Origin: Deltaproteobacteria bacterium
GTDB lineage: Bacteria > Myxococcota_A > UBA9160 > SMWR01
Length of the DNA: 53,308 nt
Direction of reading: 5' to 3'
Assembly (NCBI GenBank): GCA_019313245.1
Contig: JAFDBP010000040.1
Location: 1 to 53,308 of the forward strand
Positions 19,576 to 28,629 of this stretch are shown here, piece after piece. Below the pieces are notes generated by a model that saw only the letters and a list, made by a program, of their open reading frames with translations, was not told the origin of the DNA and made no database searches. Within the stretch, counting starts at the first letter, position 1, and each line of letters begins with the position of its first letter. Both the position numbers and the translations under genes were made by a program.

Positions 19576-21689
19576 GGATTCGTCTGGTTCTTCAGTTGCG
19601 GAAACGATTCTCGAACGCGGTCGAACGCCCGAATCGCATTCTCCCTTTCGCCGAGGCGGAAGTAGAGAGCCGCGAGATTGAACGGGGCATTCTCGAAATT
19701 CGGGTCGATCTGTATCGCCGTCTCGAAAGCGCGGATGGCGCGATCGTATTCGCGCAGCTTCGTCAATGCGATGCCCGCGTGATTGTAGCTGGGGGCGTGG
19801 TCCGGGTTTAGCGCGATGCTCTTCTCGTAGCTCGCGACGGCCTCTTCGTGCCGCCCGAGCTTGGCGAGCGCGTTGCCCATGTTGTAGTAGAGCGACCAAT
19901 TGTCTCCGCCCTGCCGAGACAGTTCGGCGTAGTGGCGGAGCGCCTCCTCGTGAAGGCCGATCCTGTCGAGGGCGATGGCCAGGCCGGCTCTGCGATTCAG
20001 ATCCGAGGGGTTTGCTTCGACGGCTCTCCTTCGCTCGTCCAATTGGTTCGAGACATTCGCCTGGAGCCTCTCGAGCCGAGCCCTGGCGATCGTCACGATT
20101 TCTTCGGGGGAATTGCCGCCCTTGTTCAAGACGTCCGAATAGTGATCGATGGCCCGCTGGAGATCGCCGGATCGCTCGTAGGCCTCCCCGAGCAGATATG
20201 AGACCTGATGCGGCGATTCGTGCGAAAACGAATGCCCGTCCAGGAGTTCGATCGCCCGGCGCGGGTCGTTTTGCTGCAGCGCGTATCGGGCCCGGAACAG
20301 CCGGAGGGTGTCATCGGTCTGCCGGCGCTCGGCCAGTTGCTCCAGCAGCCCGAACGCTTCGACGTATTCTGCCTGTGCGAAGTAGTGTGCAGCCAGGTTG
20401 TTGTAGGCCTTCCACGCGGTTGGCGTCGTATTGATCGTCTCCCTCCAGAGGGTTTCATCGTCCCGCCAGATGCCGCTCTGCGTCCACGCCGCGAAGGCGA
20501 GGATTGCCACCGCTGCCGCAGCGGCGAACTGCTTCGCGATGTTCGGAATCTTCGCGAGCGCGAAGACGAGGGTCGCGGAGACCAGAAACGCAGCGGCATA
20601 AGAAGGGAGGTAGGCGTATCGGTCCGCGACGATTGGGTTCGTCGCGTAGAGGTTGAGCACGGGAAAGAGCGTAACGAGGTACCACCCCAGGGCGAAGGGG
20701 AGCTCCGAGCGGCGCTTTCCGAGTCGAATTGCGAGAGAGGCCGCCGCGGCGAGAGTGAGCGCGGAGAGCCACACCGCAGGATCGCCGATGCCGCTCGCGA
20801 GCTTCAGGTCGTAGATGGCCGAAAGTCCGGTTGGCAGCAGCAGCTTGCCGAGGTAGAAGAGCGGTATCTGTGCTGCGACCGCGAGCCGGGTGGCGAGGCT
20901 CTTGGATCCGAAGACGATGACGTGATCCGGATTGATCAGGCCCGACTGAGCGGCCACCCATTTGAAGAGGATCGCAGCCGTCAGCGCGATGGCGAAGAAT
21001 GGCACAAGGCGAGGAAGCTTTGCGCGCCAGCTCCTGGCGTCGAAGGTGGCCATCAGTAGCAGGACGCCCGGCAGAACCACGGCCGTCGCCTTCGAGAAAA
21101 TTGCGAGCGCGCAGCAGATCAGCGAGGCGGCGTAGGATGCCGACCGCTTTTCATTGGGATCGGCGAAATACCTCAAGAAGAAGTAGCAAGATGAGAAGAA
21201 GAACAGCCCGGACAACAAGACATTTCGGCAGGAGATGAAGTTCACCGCCTCGCTGTGAATCGGGTGGAGCGCGTATAGCAGCGCTGTTAGCAGGGCAGCA
21301 TTTTCCGCTCGCTGCTGGGTCAGCGCGCGCTCCTCGCCGAACAAGAGCGTCGCCAGTCGCCCCGTCATCGCGTAGACGCAGACGGCGTTCAGGTAATAGA
21401 GCAGCAGATTGGTGAGGTGGAATCCGAGGGGATTCTCTCCCCAGAGCGCGTAATCGAGCGCATAGGAGAGATCGCGCAGGGGCAGGTATTCGAGTCGATT
21501 CGCGAGAGAGAAGAAAATTCGCTTCAGATCGAACGCTGCGTAGGCGTCCTGACCCAGCAGCAGCACGCGATCGTCCCAGACGAAGTCGAAGTGCAGCGCG
21601 CGCCCGAAGGTCGCAGCGACGCAGATCAGGATGACCAGCAGATGAGCGGTCCGGCTGCTGCGAGCGTTACCGAAAACGTCTCTGGTCAT
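19554..21689 (-). CDS. TMTC-like GT-C membrane glycosyltransferase with C-terminal TPR repeats
   Basis: FVWDD, YLPLRDLSYALDY, FHLTNLLL, LHPIHSEAV and ADRYAYLP motifs, then many TPRs. GGGGGA RBS before ATG 21689. Confidence 0.85.
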   Translation of the reverse strand: MTRDVFGNARSSRTAHLLVILICVAATFGRALHFDFVWDDRVLLLGQDAYAAFDLKRIFFSLANRLEYLPLRDLSYALDYALWGENPLGFHLTNLLLYYLNAVCVYAMTGRLATLLFGEERALTQQRAENAALLTALLYALHPIHSEAVNFISCRNVLLSGLFFFSSCYFFLRYFADPNEKRSASYAASLICCALAIFSKATAVVLPGVLLLMATFDARSWRAKLPRLVPFFAIALTAAILFKWVAAQSGLINPDHVIVFGSKSLATRLAVAAQIPLFYLGKLLLPTGLSAIYDLKLASGIGDPAVWLSALTLAAAASLAIRLGKRRSELPFALGWYLVTLFPVLNLYATNPIVADRYAYLPSYAAAFLVSATLVFALAKIPNIAKQFAAAAAVAILAFAAWTQSGIWRDDETLWRETINTTPTAWKAYNNLAAHYFAQAEYVEAFGLLEQLAERRQTDDTLRLFRARYALQQNDPRRAIELLDGHSFSHESPHQVSYLLGEAYERSGDLQRAIDHYSDVLNKGGNSPEEIVTIARARLERLQANVSNQLDERRRAVEANPSDLNRRAGLAIALDRIGLHEEALRHYAELSRQGGDNWSLYYNMGNALAKLGRHEEAVASYEKSIALNPDHAPSYNHAGIALTKLREYDRAIRAFETAIQIDPNFENAPFNLAALYFRLGERENAIRAFDRVRESFPQLKNQTNPYLEALR

Positions 21690-21973
21690 CGATTCCCCCA
21701 GCCTCTGCAAGCTATCTAATTTGCCTGGATTTGCCGCTGGGCATACCTTCGGCTCGTTAGGTGTTCCGCAAGAATTGGCAGCAACCTGAATTCGTACCCG
21801 CCGCGTGCAATCCCAGCACGAGTTCCGCGCCAACTTGCACGCTAGTTGCACATCGGATCCGAGTCGAAAGGGTCTTCTTCGCGCAGCGGATGCGGAAAAT
21901 TCCGCAGGTGTGCGCCAGATCACGCCGCAAGTCATTTGCATTCACCGGGGGTCCGCCCTCAGCGAGGCGTAAA

Positions 21974-21999
21974 CTCTTGAATTGCTTGATTTTCAAGAG
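21974..21999. promoter_or_regulatory. Inverted repeat enclosing an IHF-like site upstream of the sigma-54 promoter
   Basis: CTCTTGAA-N10-TTCAAGAG. The minus strand reads AATCAAGCAATTC against the IHF consensus WATCAANNNNTTR (one mismatch). Confidence 0.5.
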
Positions 22000-22019
22000 G
22001 TTTCGACCGAAGAGTTGGT

Positions 22020-22035
22020 TGGCCCTGTTCTTGCA
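22020..22035 (+). promoter_or_regulatory. Putative sigma-54 (-24/-12) promoter for the omcE-like gene
   Basis: TGGCCCTGTTCTTGCA with GG at 22021-22022 and GC at 22033-22034, canonical spacing, about 85 nt upstream of the ATG. Confidence 0.72.
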
Positions 22036-22120
22036 GATCAGTTCAGAGGCCCGAGGAGTACATCGCGAACAGATCTCCTCGACGGTCGCGAATTCGCAGA
22101 AAACAACAAAGGAGCAGTAA

Positions 22121-22744
22121 ATGAGGCGCCAACAACTCACGCAACTCATCGGAGCACTCGTGGTGGCCGCTGCGTTGGTCGGTCTCCCGGCAACCGCTTT
22201 TGCCGTCATCACGGGTTCAGCGCACGACCTCAGCGCGCAGTCGTACACGACCGAGATCTGCAACGTTTGCCACACCCCGCACAATGCTTCGACCGTGACC
22301 GCGGCACCGCTGTGGGACCACACGGAAACCTCGGCGACCTACACGGTCTATTCGAGCACCACCCTGAACGCGAGCCCGGGTCAACCGAGCGGCGTTTCGA
22401 AGCTCTGCCTGTCCTGCCACGATGGTACGGTGGCGATCGACGCTTTCGCAGGCGCCACCGGAACTACCAGCGTGACGGGCGCGGCTCTGGTCGGCACCGC
22501 GCTGGCGAACGATCACCCGATCTCCTTCACCTACAACACGGCGTTGGCGACTGCGGACGGCGAACTCTTCGATCCCTCGACAGACACGACGTCTCTCGGC
22601 GGCACGATCGCGGAAGACCTGCTGTTCTCGGACAGCCTCGAGTGTGCTTCGTGCCACGATGTGCACAACGCGCTAGGCAATGCCAACCTGCTTCAGATCG
22701 CCAACACGGACAGCGATCTCTGCCTGACCTGCCACGACAAGTAG
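22121..22744 (+). CDS. Tetraheme c-type cytochrome, OmcE-like (putative nanowire subunit)
   Basis: Strong AAGGAG RBS and a 28-aa signal peptide (AFA). Four CxxCH motifs in the layout AHDLS..ICNVCHTPHNA..PLW..YSS..SKLCLSCHDG..GTxLxNDHP..LECASCHDVH..SDLCLTCHDK-stop, as recalled for Geobacter OmcE. Confidence 0.88.
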   Translation: MRRQQLTQLIGALVVAAALVGLPATAFAVITGSAHDLSAQSYTTEICNVCHTPHNASTVTAAPLWDHTETSATYTVYSSTTLNASPGQPSGVSKLCLSCHDGTVAIDAFAGATGTTSVTGAALVGTALANDHPISFTYNTALATADGELFDPSTDTTSLGGTIAEDLLFSDSLECASCHDVHNALGNANLLQIANTDSDLCLTCHDK

Positions 22745-22786
22745 GCAGTTGCAGTAGCCGCCTCGCTTCGAGGTGGAGCATCATTT

Positions 22787-22825
22787 GGGCGCATCCCTTT
22801 GCGGGGATGCGCCCTTTGCTTTATT
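22787..22825 (+). terminator. Rho-independent terminator after the omcE-like gene
   Basis: Perfect 11-bp stem GGGCGCATCCC/GGGATGCGCCC, 6-nt loop, followed by TTTGCTTTATT. Confidence 0.85.
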
Positions 22826-22903
22826 GGGCGCGGCACACCCCCAGGGGTGTTGCAGGGAATTTGAGGTATCTTGCGCGCCGTAAACGGGAATCGGGAGTAC
22901 GGG

Positions 22904-24046
22904 GTGAGGAAGATTCGAGGTCAACGGAGTCGGTCACTATCGGCAAACAGGAGATCGCGCGCCGTTGCGCGTTCTGGCACGGCGCTCGCCGTGCTGATCG
23001 GCTTCGGAGTCTGCATTCTGCTTTCTTCCTGCGCGGGCACCGGTGAGCCGGTCGAGCGCGATTACGTTCTCTTCCCACCTCCGCCGCAGCAGTCCCGCAT
23101 TCAGTTCCTGGCAGCCTACAACGGCGACGAGGACATTCTCCCGCCGTTGAGCGGCTTTCGCCGCCTCGTCATGGGCGAACGCGAGGGCCGCTTGCTGATC
23201 AAACCCTACGGCGTGGCGATCCACGACGGTCAGATCCTGATCTGCGACACGAAGCCCAACATCGTCGCGGTATTCGACCTCAGGAACCAGACAGTCGAGA
23301 TCCTCGGTGAGGGGCCGAGCGGCCAACTCGCCAAGCCGGTCAACATCGCGGTGGATGAGGATGGCACCCGCTACGTGGCGGACGCGAAACTCAACCGGGT
23401 GATGGTCTACGACGCGGATAACCGTTACGTCCGAGCGATCGGCAATCCCGAGGCCTGGTCGCCCACCGACGTCGCCATCATCGGCAAGCGACTCTACGTC
23501 ACCGACAGGAAGAATGGAGAGGTCGTTCTCGTCGAGAAAGCGACCGGCGAGGAGCTGAGGCGATTCAGTCCGGCTGGCGCCGGAGAAAATGCGCTCTTCT
23601 TCCCGACCAACCTCGCCGTGGGCGTCGACGGAAGCGTGTACGTCACCGAGACGGGGCATGCCCGGGTCCGCAAGTTCGACGATCGGGGGAAGCTGCTCAA
23701 GACCTTCGGTTCTCTGGGCGAGAGGCTGGGCCAGTTCGTGCGCCCAAAAGGCGTCGCGGTCGATCGTGATGGCAACGTCTATGTGGCGGACGCCGCTTCC
23801 GAGGTCGTCCAGATCTTCAATCCCGATGGCGATCTGCTGCTCTTCTTTGGCGGACCGGGAAATCGCCCGGGTGGGATCAACATGCCCGCGAAGGTGGTGA
23901 TCGATTACGACAACGTCGATCTCTTCGCGGATCGCGTGGCCCCCGGTTACAAGCTCGAATACCTGGTCGTCGTCACCAGTCAATTCGGGTCGAACAAGGT
24001 GAGCGTGTTTGGTTATATCGAGCCGAACGGGCAGGGCGGTGGTTGA
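22904..24046 (+). CDS. NHL-repeat beta-propeller lipoprotein (start could also be TTG 22871)
   Basis: Lipobox LSSC. The FPPPPQQSRIQF motif resembles WPEAPEPARIEY in the 1902 paralog. NHL repeats include FVRPKGVAVD. Confidence 0.87.
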   Translation: MRKIRGQRSRSLSANRRSRAVARSGTALAVLIGFGVCILLSSCAGTGEPVERDYVLFPPPPQQSRIQFLAAYNGDEDILPPLSGFRRLVMGEREGRLLIKPYGVAIHDGQILICDTKPNIVAVFDLRNQTVEILGEGPSGQLAKPVNIAVDEDGTRYVADAKLNRVMVYDADNRYVRAIGNPEAWSPTDVAIIGKRLYVTDRKNGEVVLVEKATGEELRRFSPAGAGENALFFPTNLAVGVDGSVYVTETGHARVRKFDDRGKLLKTFGSLGERLGQFVRPKGVAVDRDGNVYVADAASEVVQIFNPDGDLLLFFGGPGNRPGGINMPAKVVIDYDNVDLFADRVAPGYKLEYLVVVTSQFGSNKVSVFGYIEPNGQGGG

Positions 24047-24104
24047 GGCTGGCCTCCCGCGGCGATCGCGGGCCCGATGGCGAAACTCGAAAGGGAGAAT
24101 GCGC

Positions 24105-24734
24105 ATGGGCGATGAGAACACGTCGGGCAGCCCCGACTTCCGCTTGGCGCTCTGGATCGGCGCGGCGGTGCTGGTGGGCGTGGCGATCATGATTGGCGTC
24201 GACTGGCCGGAGGAAACCAGCGCTCCCGCTCGAGATGCGACTGCGGGCATGGGATCGGAATTCGCGCCGCCACCCGCGGCCCCGCCGCAGACCCAGAGCC
24301 CACGAGCGGTTGCGGACCAGCTTTTCAACCGCGCGATGATGGCGCACGAAACCGGGCAGGCGCAGCAGGCCGCCATCTTCCTGCCCGAGGCCATCGCGGC
24401 GTACCAGAAGCTCGAACCCCTCGACGACGATGGCCTCTTCCACCTCTCCGTGCTCCAACTCGCGGATGGAGATGCGGTGGCGGCGCGAGCTACCTCGGAT
24501 CGCATTCTCGCCAAGGCGCCCGACCACCTGCTCGGGTTGGCGGCGGCCGCGAGGGCGTCGGAAGAGACTGCGCCGAGCGAAGCGAGGGCGTTCTGGCAAC
24601 GCTATCTCGACGTCTTCGCCGAGCAGCAGGGCAAGGAAGTCGAGTACGGGCACCACCAGCAGATGTTTCCAATGCTGAGCGCTCGCGCGAGCGAGTTCAT
24701 CGCCCGGACACCCGCGAACGCGGCGACTCCTTAG
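24105..24734 (+). CDS. Membrane-anchored alpha-helical/TPR-like hypothetical protein
   Basis: AGGGAG RBS, one N-terminal TM, a Pro/Ala linker, then TPR-like helices. Confidence 0.65.
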   Translation: MGDENTSGSPDFRLALWIGAAVLVGVAIMIGVDWPEETSAPARDATAGMGSEFAPPPAAPPQTQSPRAVADQLFNRAMMAHETGQAQQAAIFLPEAIAAYQKLEPLDDDGLFHLSVLQLADGDAVAARATSDRILAKAPDHLLGLAAAARASEETAPSEARAFWQRYLDVFAEQQGKEVEYGHHQQMFPMLSARASEFIARTPANAATP

Positions 24735-24801
24735 AGGAGGCTCGAGGAAGTTCGCGCGCTGGCCGCGTATTCCGCTTCTCTTCCGGTAGAGCGGTGAGGA
24801 C

Positions 24802-26274
24802 ATGAAGCGTCACGGCACTCGAAACGCGGTTGCGGAGAGTGGCGCCGGAATCGCCGACTGGGCGCGTCACCCACTCTCGCTGTTCCTGCTCTTCCTCGGC
24901 AGTCTGCTCCTCTACGCGAAGACGACGACGTTTGGATTCCTGCCGATGTGGGACGACGGTTTCTACGTCGTCCACAACCCGCAGATCCAGCAGTTCAGCC
25001 CGGCGAATCTGGCCGAGATTCTCGGCAGCACATTCAAGGGTTCGTATCACCCGCTGCCGTTGCTGAGTTACGCGCTCGAGCACGCACTCTGGGGACTCGC
25101 GCCGGGCGGCTACCACGCGACCAACGCATTGCTCCACGCTTTCAATAGCTGCCTGGTCTCGTTACTGCTCGTTCGGCTCACCGGCCGGCCCGGCCTGTCT
25201 CTGTTCGCGGCGATCTTATTCGCCGTTCATCCGGTCAACGTCGAGAACGTCGCCTGGGTGTCCGAGCGCAAGACCTTGCTCGCCGGGGCCTTCGGGCTGG
25301 CTTCGCTGCTGGTGTACCTGCGCCACCTCGAAACGGGTCGACGCCGAGACTACGCCGGTGCATTGGCGCTCTACCTGCTTGCGTTGTCTTCCAAGGCGAC
25401 CTTCGTCGTGCTTCCGCTGGTGCTGCTGCTCCACGCGCTGCTGCTCGACGGGGTCCGGCGTCGCTGGCGACGCTCTCTCCCGTTCTTTGCGGCGACGGCT
25501 GTGGTGCTCGCGGTAACCATCCGGGCCTTCGCGGCCGAGAGTTTGTTCGAGGCGGGTTCGCTGCGGCCTTCCACGCTCCTTGGAAGCGTGTATCCCACGA
25601 TGTTGCCGGTCTTCTGGAAATACCTCGGGCTGCTGGCGTTTCCAGCGGAGTTGAGCGGATTCTACGAAACATCACTCCACCACTCGTTCGCGAGCCTTCC
25701 CGTTCTGGCCTCGCTCCTGGGTTGGATCGCGGTATTCGCGCTCGTGCTGTTGCGCGGCAGCTCGCAGGTACGCTTCTGGTTTCTCTGGTACTGGGTCTGG
25801 TTGCTTCCGGCGTCTAATTTGATTCCCGGACTTGTCTATTACGCTGACCGCTACCTGTATTTCCCCGGTATTGGCGCCTACGTGCTGCTGGGTATGGCGG
25901 GGCGCTGGTTGGCGGGATCGGACTTCGCTGCCCGTTGGAGCCTCGCTCGGCGCCGGCGCGTTCTCGTCGCTGTGGGCGCAGCACTGGCAGCGGCCTACGC
26001 GGGCGTGGCCTTCCTGCGCATGGAGGTATGGCGCGACGAATTGGCCTTCTGGGAAGATGCAGCCCGCAAGTCACCCGGCATGTACAAGCCGCGTCTGAAT
26101 TTGGGTGTGGTTTACGAAAGCGAGGGGCGCCTGGCCGAGGCGGAGCGCGAATACCTGGCCGCGGAGCAAATCTTCCCGAATCCGAATGTCCGCGAGAATC
26201 TGCAGATCCTGCGGGCGCGGATGGCAGTGCGCGAATCGAGACCGCAAGTTCCGAAGCGTGAGGCGCAAGACTGA
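24802..26274 (+). CDS. TMTC-like GT-C membrane glycosyltransferase with a short TPR tail
   Basis: MWDDGFYV, YHPL, YHATNALLH, FAVHPVNVENVAWVSERK and ADRYLYFP motifs. GAGGA RBS. Confidence 0.85.
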   Translation: MKRHGTRNAVAESGAGIADWARHPLSLFLLFLGSLLLYAKTTTFGFLPMWDDGFYVVHNPQIQQFSPANLAEILGSTFKGSYHPLPLLSYALEHALWGLAPGGYHATNALLHAFNSCLVSLLLVRLTGRPGLSLFAAILFAVHPVNVENVAWVSERKTLLAGAFGLASLLVYLRHLETGRRRDYAGALALYLLALSSKATFVVLPLVLLLHALLLDGVRRRWRRSLPFFAATAVVLAVTIRAFAAESLFEAGSLRPSTLLGSVYPTMLPVFWKYLGLLAFPAELSGFYETSLHHSFASLPVLASLLGWIAVFALVLLRGSSQVRFWFLWYWVWLLPASNLIPGLVYYADRYLYFPGIGAYVLLGMAGRWLAGSDFAARWSLARRRRVLVAVGAALAAAYAGVAFLRMEVWRDELAFWEDAARKSPGMYKPRLNLGVVYESEGRLAEAEREYLAAEQIFPNPNVRENLQILRARMAVRESRPQVPKREAQD

Positions 26275-26322
26275 ACGCGGAAACCAGCGGAATTGTCCTG
26301 CGACGAGTTCGTTGCCGAACTC

Positions 26323-28629
26323 CTATTGGGCTTCGCGATTCAGCAGTGCGGCGAGGTGGCGGTTTGCCATCTCGAAGGTGGGGTCGAGTGCGAGTGCGCT
26401 GCGAAGGGCTTCGACGGCCTGCGGAAATTGCCCTAGCCGCTCCAACGACAATCCCAGGTTGAAATGAATTCGCGCGTCATCGGAGACGAGGCTCGCGGCG
26501 ATGCGATAACAGCGCGCCGCGAGATCGTATCGCTGCTCCTGCCAACAGAGTGCGGCGACTTCGCCCGCCAGTTGAGCGTTTCGGAGCCGAAAGCCGGTGT
26601 CCGAGGCCACCTGTGAACGCACTCGATCGAATTCGGGAGAGCCGCCATCCAATTGCGCCTCGGCTGAGGCGAGCGCCGCCCCGGTCTCCTCCAGTTTGCC
26701 GATCCGAGCTAGTGCTTTCGCGCGCAGCAGGAGCAGTTCCAGCCCCAGGTGTCCTTTCTGCTGCGCGGCATCGAGAGCGGTGAGGCTTTCGACGGGTTGG
26801 TCGGTCTCGATGAGGAGCGCCGCATATCGAAGCCATGCGTTGGAATGCCACGGGTCGAGTTGGACGGCGGCGGCAAACGCCTCCAGCGCATCCTTCGGCC
26901 GAGCCTCTCTCTCCAACGCGAGGCCGTAGCGCATCCACACCTGAACATCCCACGGCGTCAGGCGAACCAGCTTCTCACAGAGCGCGGCCACTTCGGCATA
27001 GCGATGTTGGCGCGCGAGCACCGCGCCGAGGTAATCCAGCAGCCTCGGGTTGGCAGGGTCCTCGCGAAGCAGCTGACGGAGTTCACCCTCGGCTTCGACC
27101 GTCCGGTCTGCAGCGAGCAATCCGTCGACGCGCGTCATGGTCGCTTCGAGCGCGGCGAGCACGGCGCGGGGATCCGCGGCTTCGCTCGAGCCGCTGGATT
27201 GCGCCCTCGCATCGTTCCAGATGTAACCGAGCGCAGCCATGCGATCCCTGGTTTCCGCGTCGAGTTCGAGTCTCTGAGGTGTGCGCGACTCGTCGCCTGC
27301 CGGATACAGCGAGTTCATCTGATCGAGCATCGCGCGCACTCTGGCGGGCTCGCTGGAGGCGAGATCGCGCTGCTCATCGGGGTCAGCGCGCAGGTCGTAG
27401 AGTTCCGCGGAGGCGCCCAGAACGAGTTTCCAATCAGCGTCGCGCAAGCCGCGGAGTTCCGACCAGCCGTAGCTCTCTCGGGGATACAGGCTCTCGACGT
27501 ACGCGGGAGCGGTGCTCGGGCTTCGACTCTCCCCGCGAAGTAGCGGGGAGAGGTTCGCTCCCTCGACGCCTGCCGGAATGTCGACACCCGCAGCCGCCAG
27601 GATCGTCGGCAGCAGATCGATCAGTTCAACCTGTTGGGTGAGCTGTTGGCCGCGTGCGCCGCCCGGTGCTGCGATGACCAGGGGGACGCGAATCGTCGCG
27701 TCGTAGATGAATACGCCGTGGGTGGCTTCGCTGTGCTGACCGAGGCTCTCGCCGTGATCCGATGTGAGCACGATCATCGCTCCCTCGAGGCGACCGAGTT
27801 CCCGGTATCCGTCGAGAAGTGCGCCGATCTGGCGGTCGGTGTAAGCGATTTCGCCATCGTAGGGCGTGTCCGCGAATTGGCTTCTCTCGGGCTCGGGTGG
27901 CTCGTACGGAGCGTGGGGGTCGAAAAGGTGAACCCAGACGAAACAGGGGCCCGTCTCCTGTCTGGCGAGCCAGCGCAGCGCGAGTGGAACCACCTCTTCG
28001 GCTCGCCGATGCCGATACACCCTCAGGCCCGGGTGTTCGCTCGCATCGAAGCGATCGTCGTAATGTTGGAAGCCCTGCCGAAGTCCGTAGCGTGAGCTCA
28101 AGACCTCCGCGCCGATGAAGGCTCCGGTGCAATAACTCGCTTCCCCGAGCAACTCGGCGAGCGTTCGCGCCTCTTCGGTGAGCCGGTACGTGCCGTTGTT
28201 GCGGACGCCGTGAGTCGGCGTTCTCTGACCGGTCATGATCGATGCATGGGATGGGAGGGTCAGGGGAGTCGGTGCGATCGCCTGCAGAAATGCAGTGCCC
28301 CGCTCGGCGAGGCGGTCGACATTCGGCGTGAGGCCGGTCCCGATGAATCGATCCGCGCGCGCCGTGTCGATCGTCACGAGAAGCACATCGGGCGGGCGCA
28401 GCAGCGACGCGTCGGTGGTTCCCGACTCGGATTCGCGATCGCATGCCAGTTGTAACACCGCGACGGCTGCAAAAAAGAGGAGGAGCGTTGGGAGCACGCT
28501 TTCGAATCTGCGCTTCGTCCGAAATCGTCCGCGAGCAGCCGCTCCGCCGGTCGTCGAGGCTCGCCACATATCAGTCTCCAAGCAATTCGCGCGCAGCTCG
28601 GCTCGATGCGTCGGTCGGCATGGGATCAC
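26323..28629 (-). CDS. Sulfatase-like (alkaline phosphatase superfamily) hydrolase/transferase with a C-terminal TPR domain; start may be 28569
   Basis: LLVTIDTARAD, PLTLPSHASIMTG, HLFDPH and SDHGE motifs. Lipobox-like QLAC. TPRs follow the MAALGYI motif. Confidence 0.85.
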   Translation of the reverse strand: MIPCRPTHRAELRANCLETDMWRASTTGGAAARGRFRTKRRFESVLPTLLLFFAAVAVLQLACDRESESGTTDASLLRPPDVLLVTIDTARADRFIGTGLTPNVDRLAERGTAFLQAIAPTPLTLPSHASIMTGQRTPTHGVRNNGTYRLTEEARTLAELLGEASYCTGAFIGAEVLSSRYGLRQGFQHYDDRFDASEHPGLRVYRHRRAEEVVPLALRWLARQETGPCFVWVHLFDPHAPYEPPEPERSQFADTPYDGEIAYTDRQIGALLDGYRELGRLEGAMIVLTSDHGESLGQHSEATHGVFIYDATIRVPLVIAAPGGARGQQLTQQVELIDLLPTILAAAGVDIPAGVEGANLSPLLRGESRSPSTAPAYVESLYPRESYGWSELRGLRDADWKLVLGASAELYDLRADPDEQRDLASSEPARVRAMLDQMNSLYPAGDESRTPQRLELDAETRDRMAALGYIWNDARAQSSGSSEAADPRAVLAALEATMTRVDGLLAADRTVEAEGELRQLLREDPANPRLLDYLGAVLARQHRYAEVAALCEKLVRLTPWDVQVWMRYGLALEREARPKDALEAFAAAVQLDPWHSNAWLRYAALLIETDQPVESLTALDAAQQKGHLGLELLLLRAKALARIGKLEETGAALASAEAQLDGGSPEFDRVRSQVASDTGFRLRNAQLAGEVAALCWQEQRYDLAARCYRIAASLVSDDARIHFNLGLSLERLGQFPQAVEALRSALALDPTFEMANRHLAALLNREAQ

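Noticed and set aside
17656-19899. 747-aa antisense ORF, and other long shadow ORFs such as 22937-24514 and 50473-52257
   Set aside because: They lie opposite well-supported genes, have no recognisable motifs, and are expected from high-GC codon bias.
22121-22744. Assigning the gene symbol omcE or omcS outright
   Set aside because: The similarity is from recalled motif layout, not an alignment. Four hemes exclude the hexaheme OmcS, and orthology to OmcE needs phylogeny.
22835-22850. Second hairpin ACACCCC-CA-GGGGTGT downstream of the terminator
   Set aside because: Two-nt loop and no U-tract. It could be an operator, but nothing else supports that.
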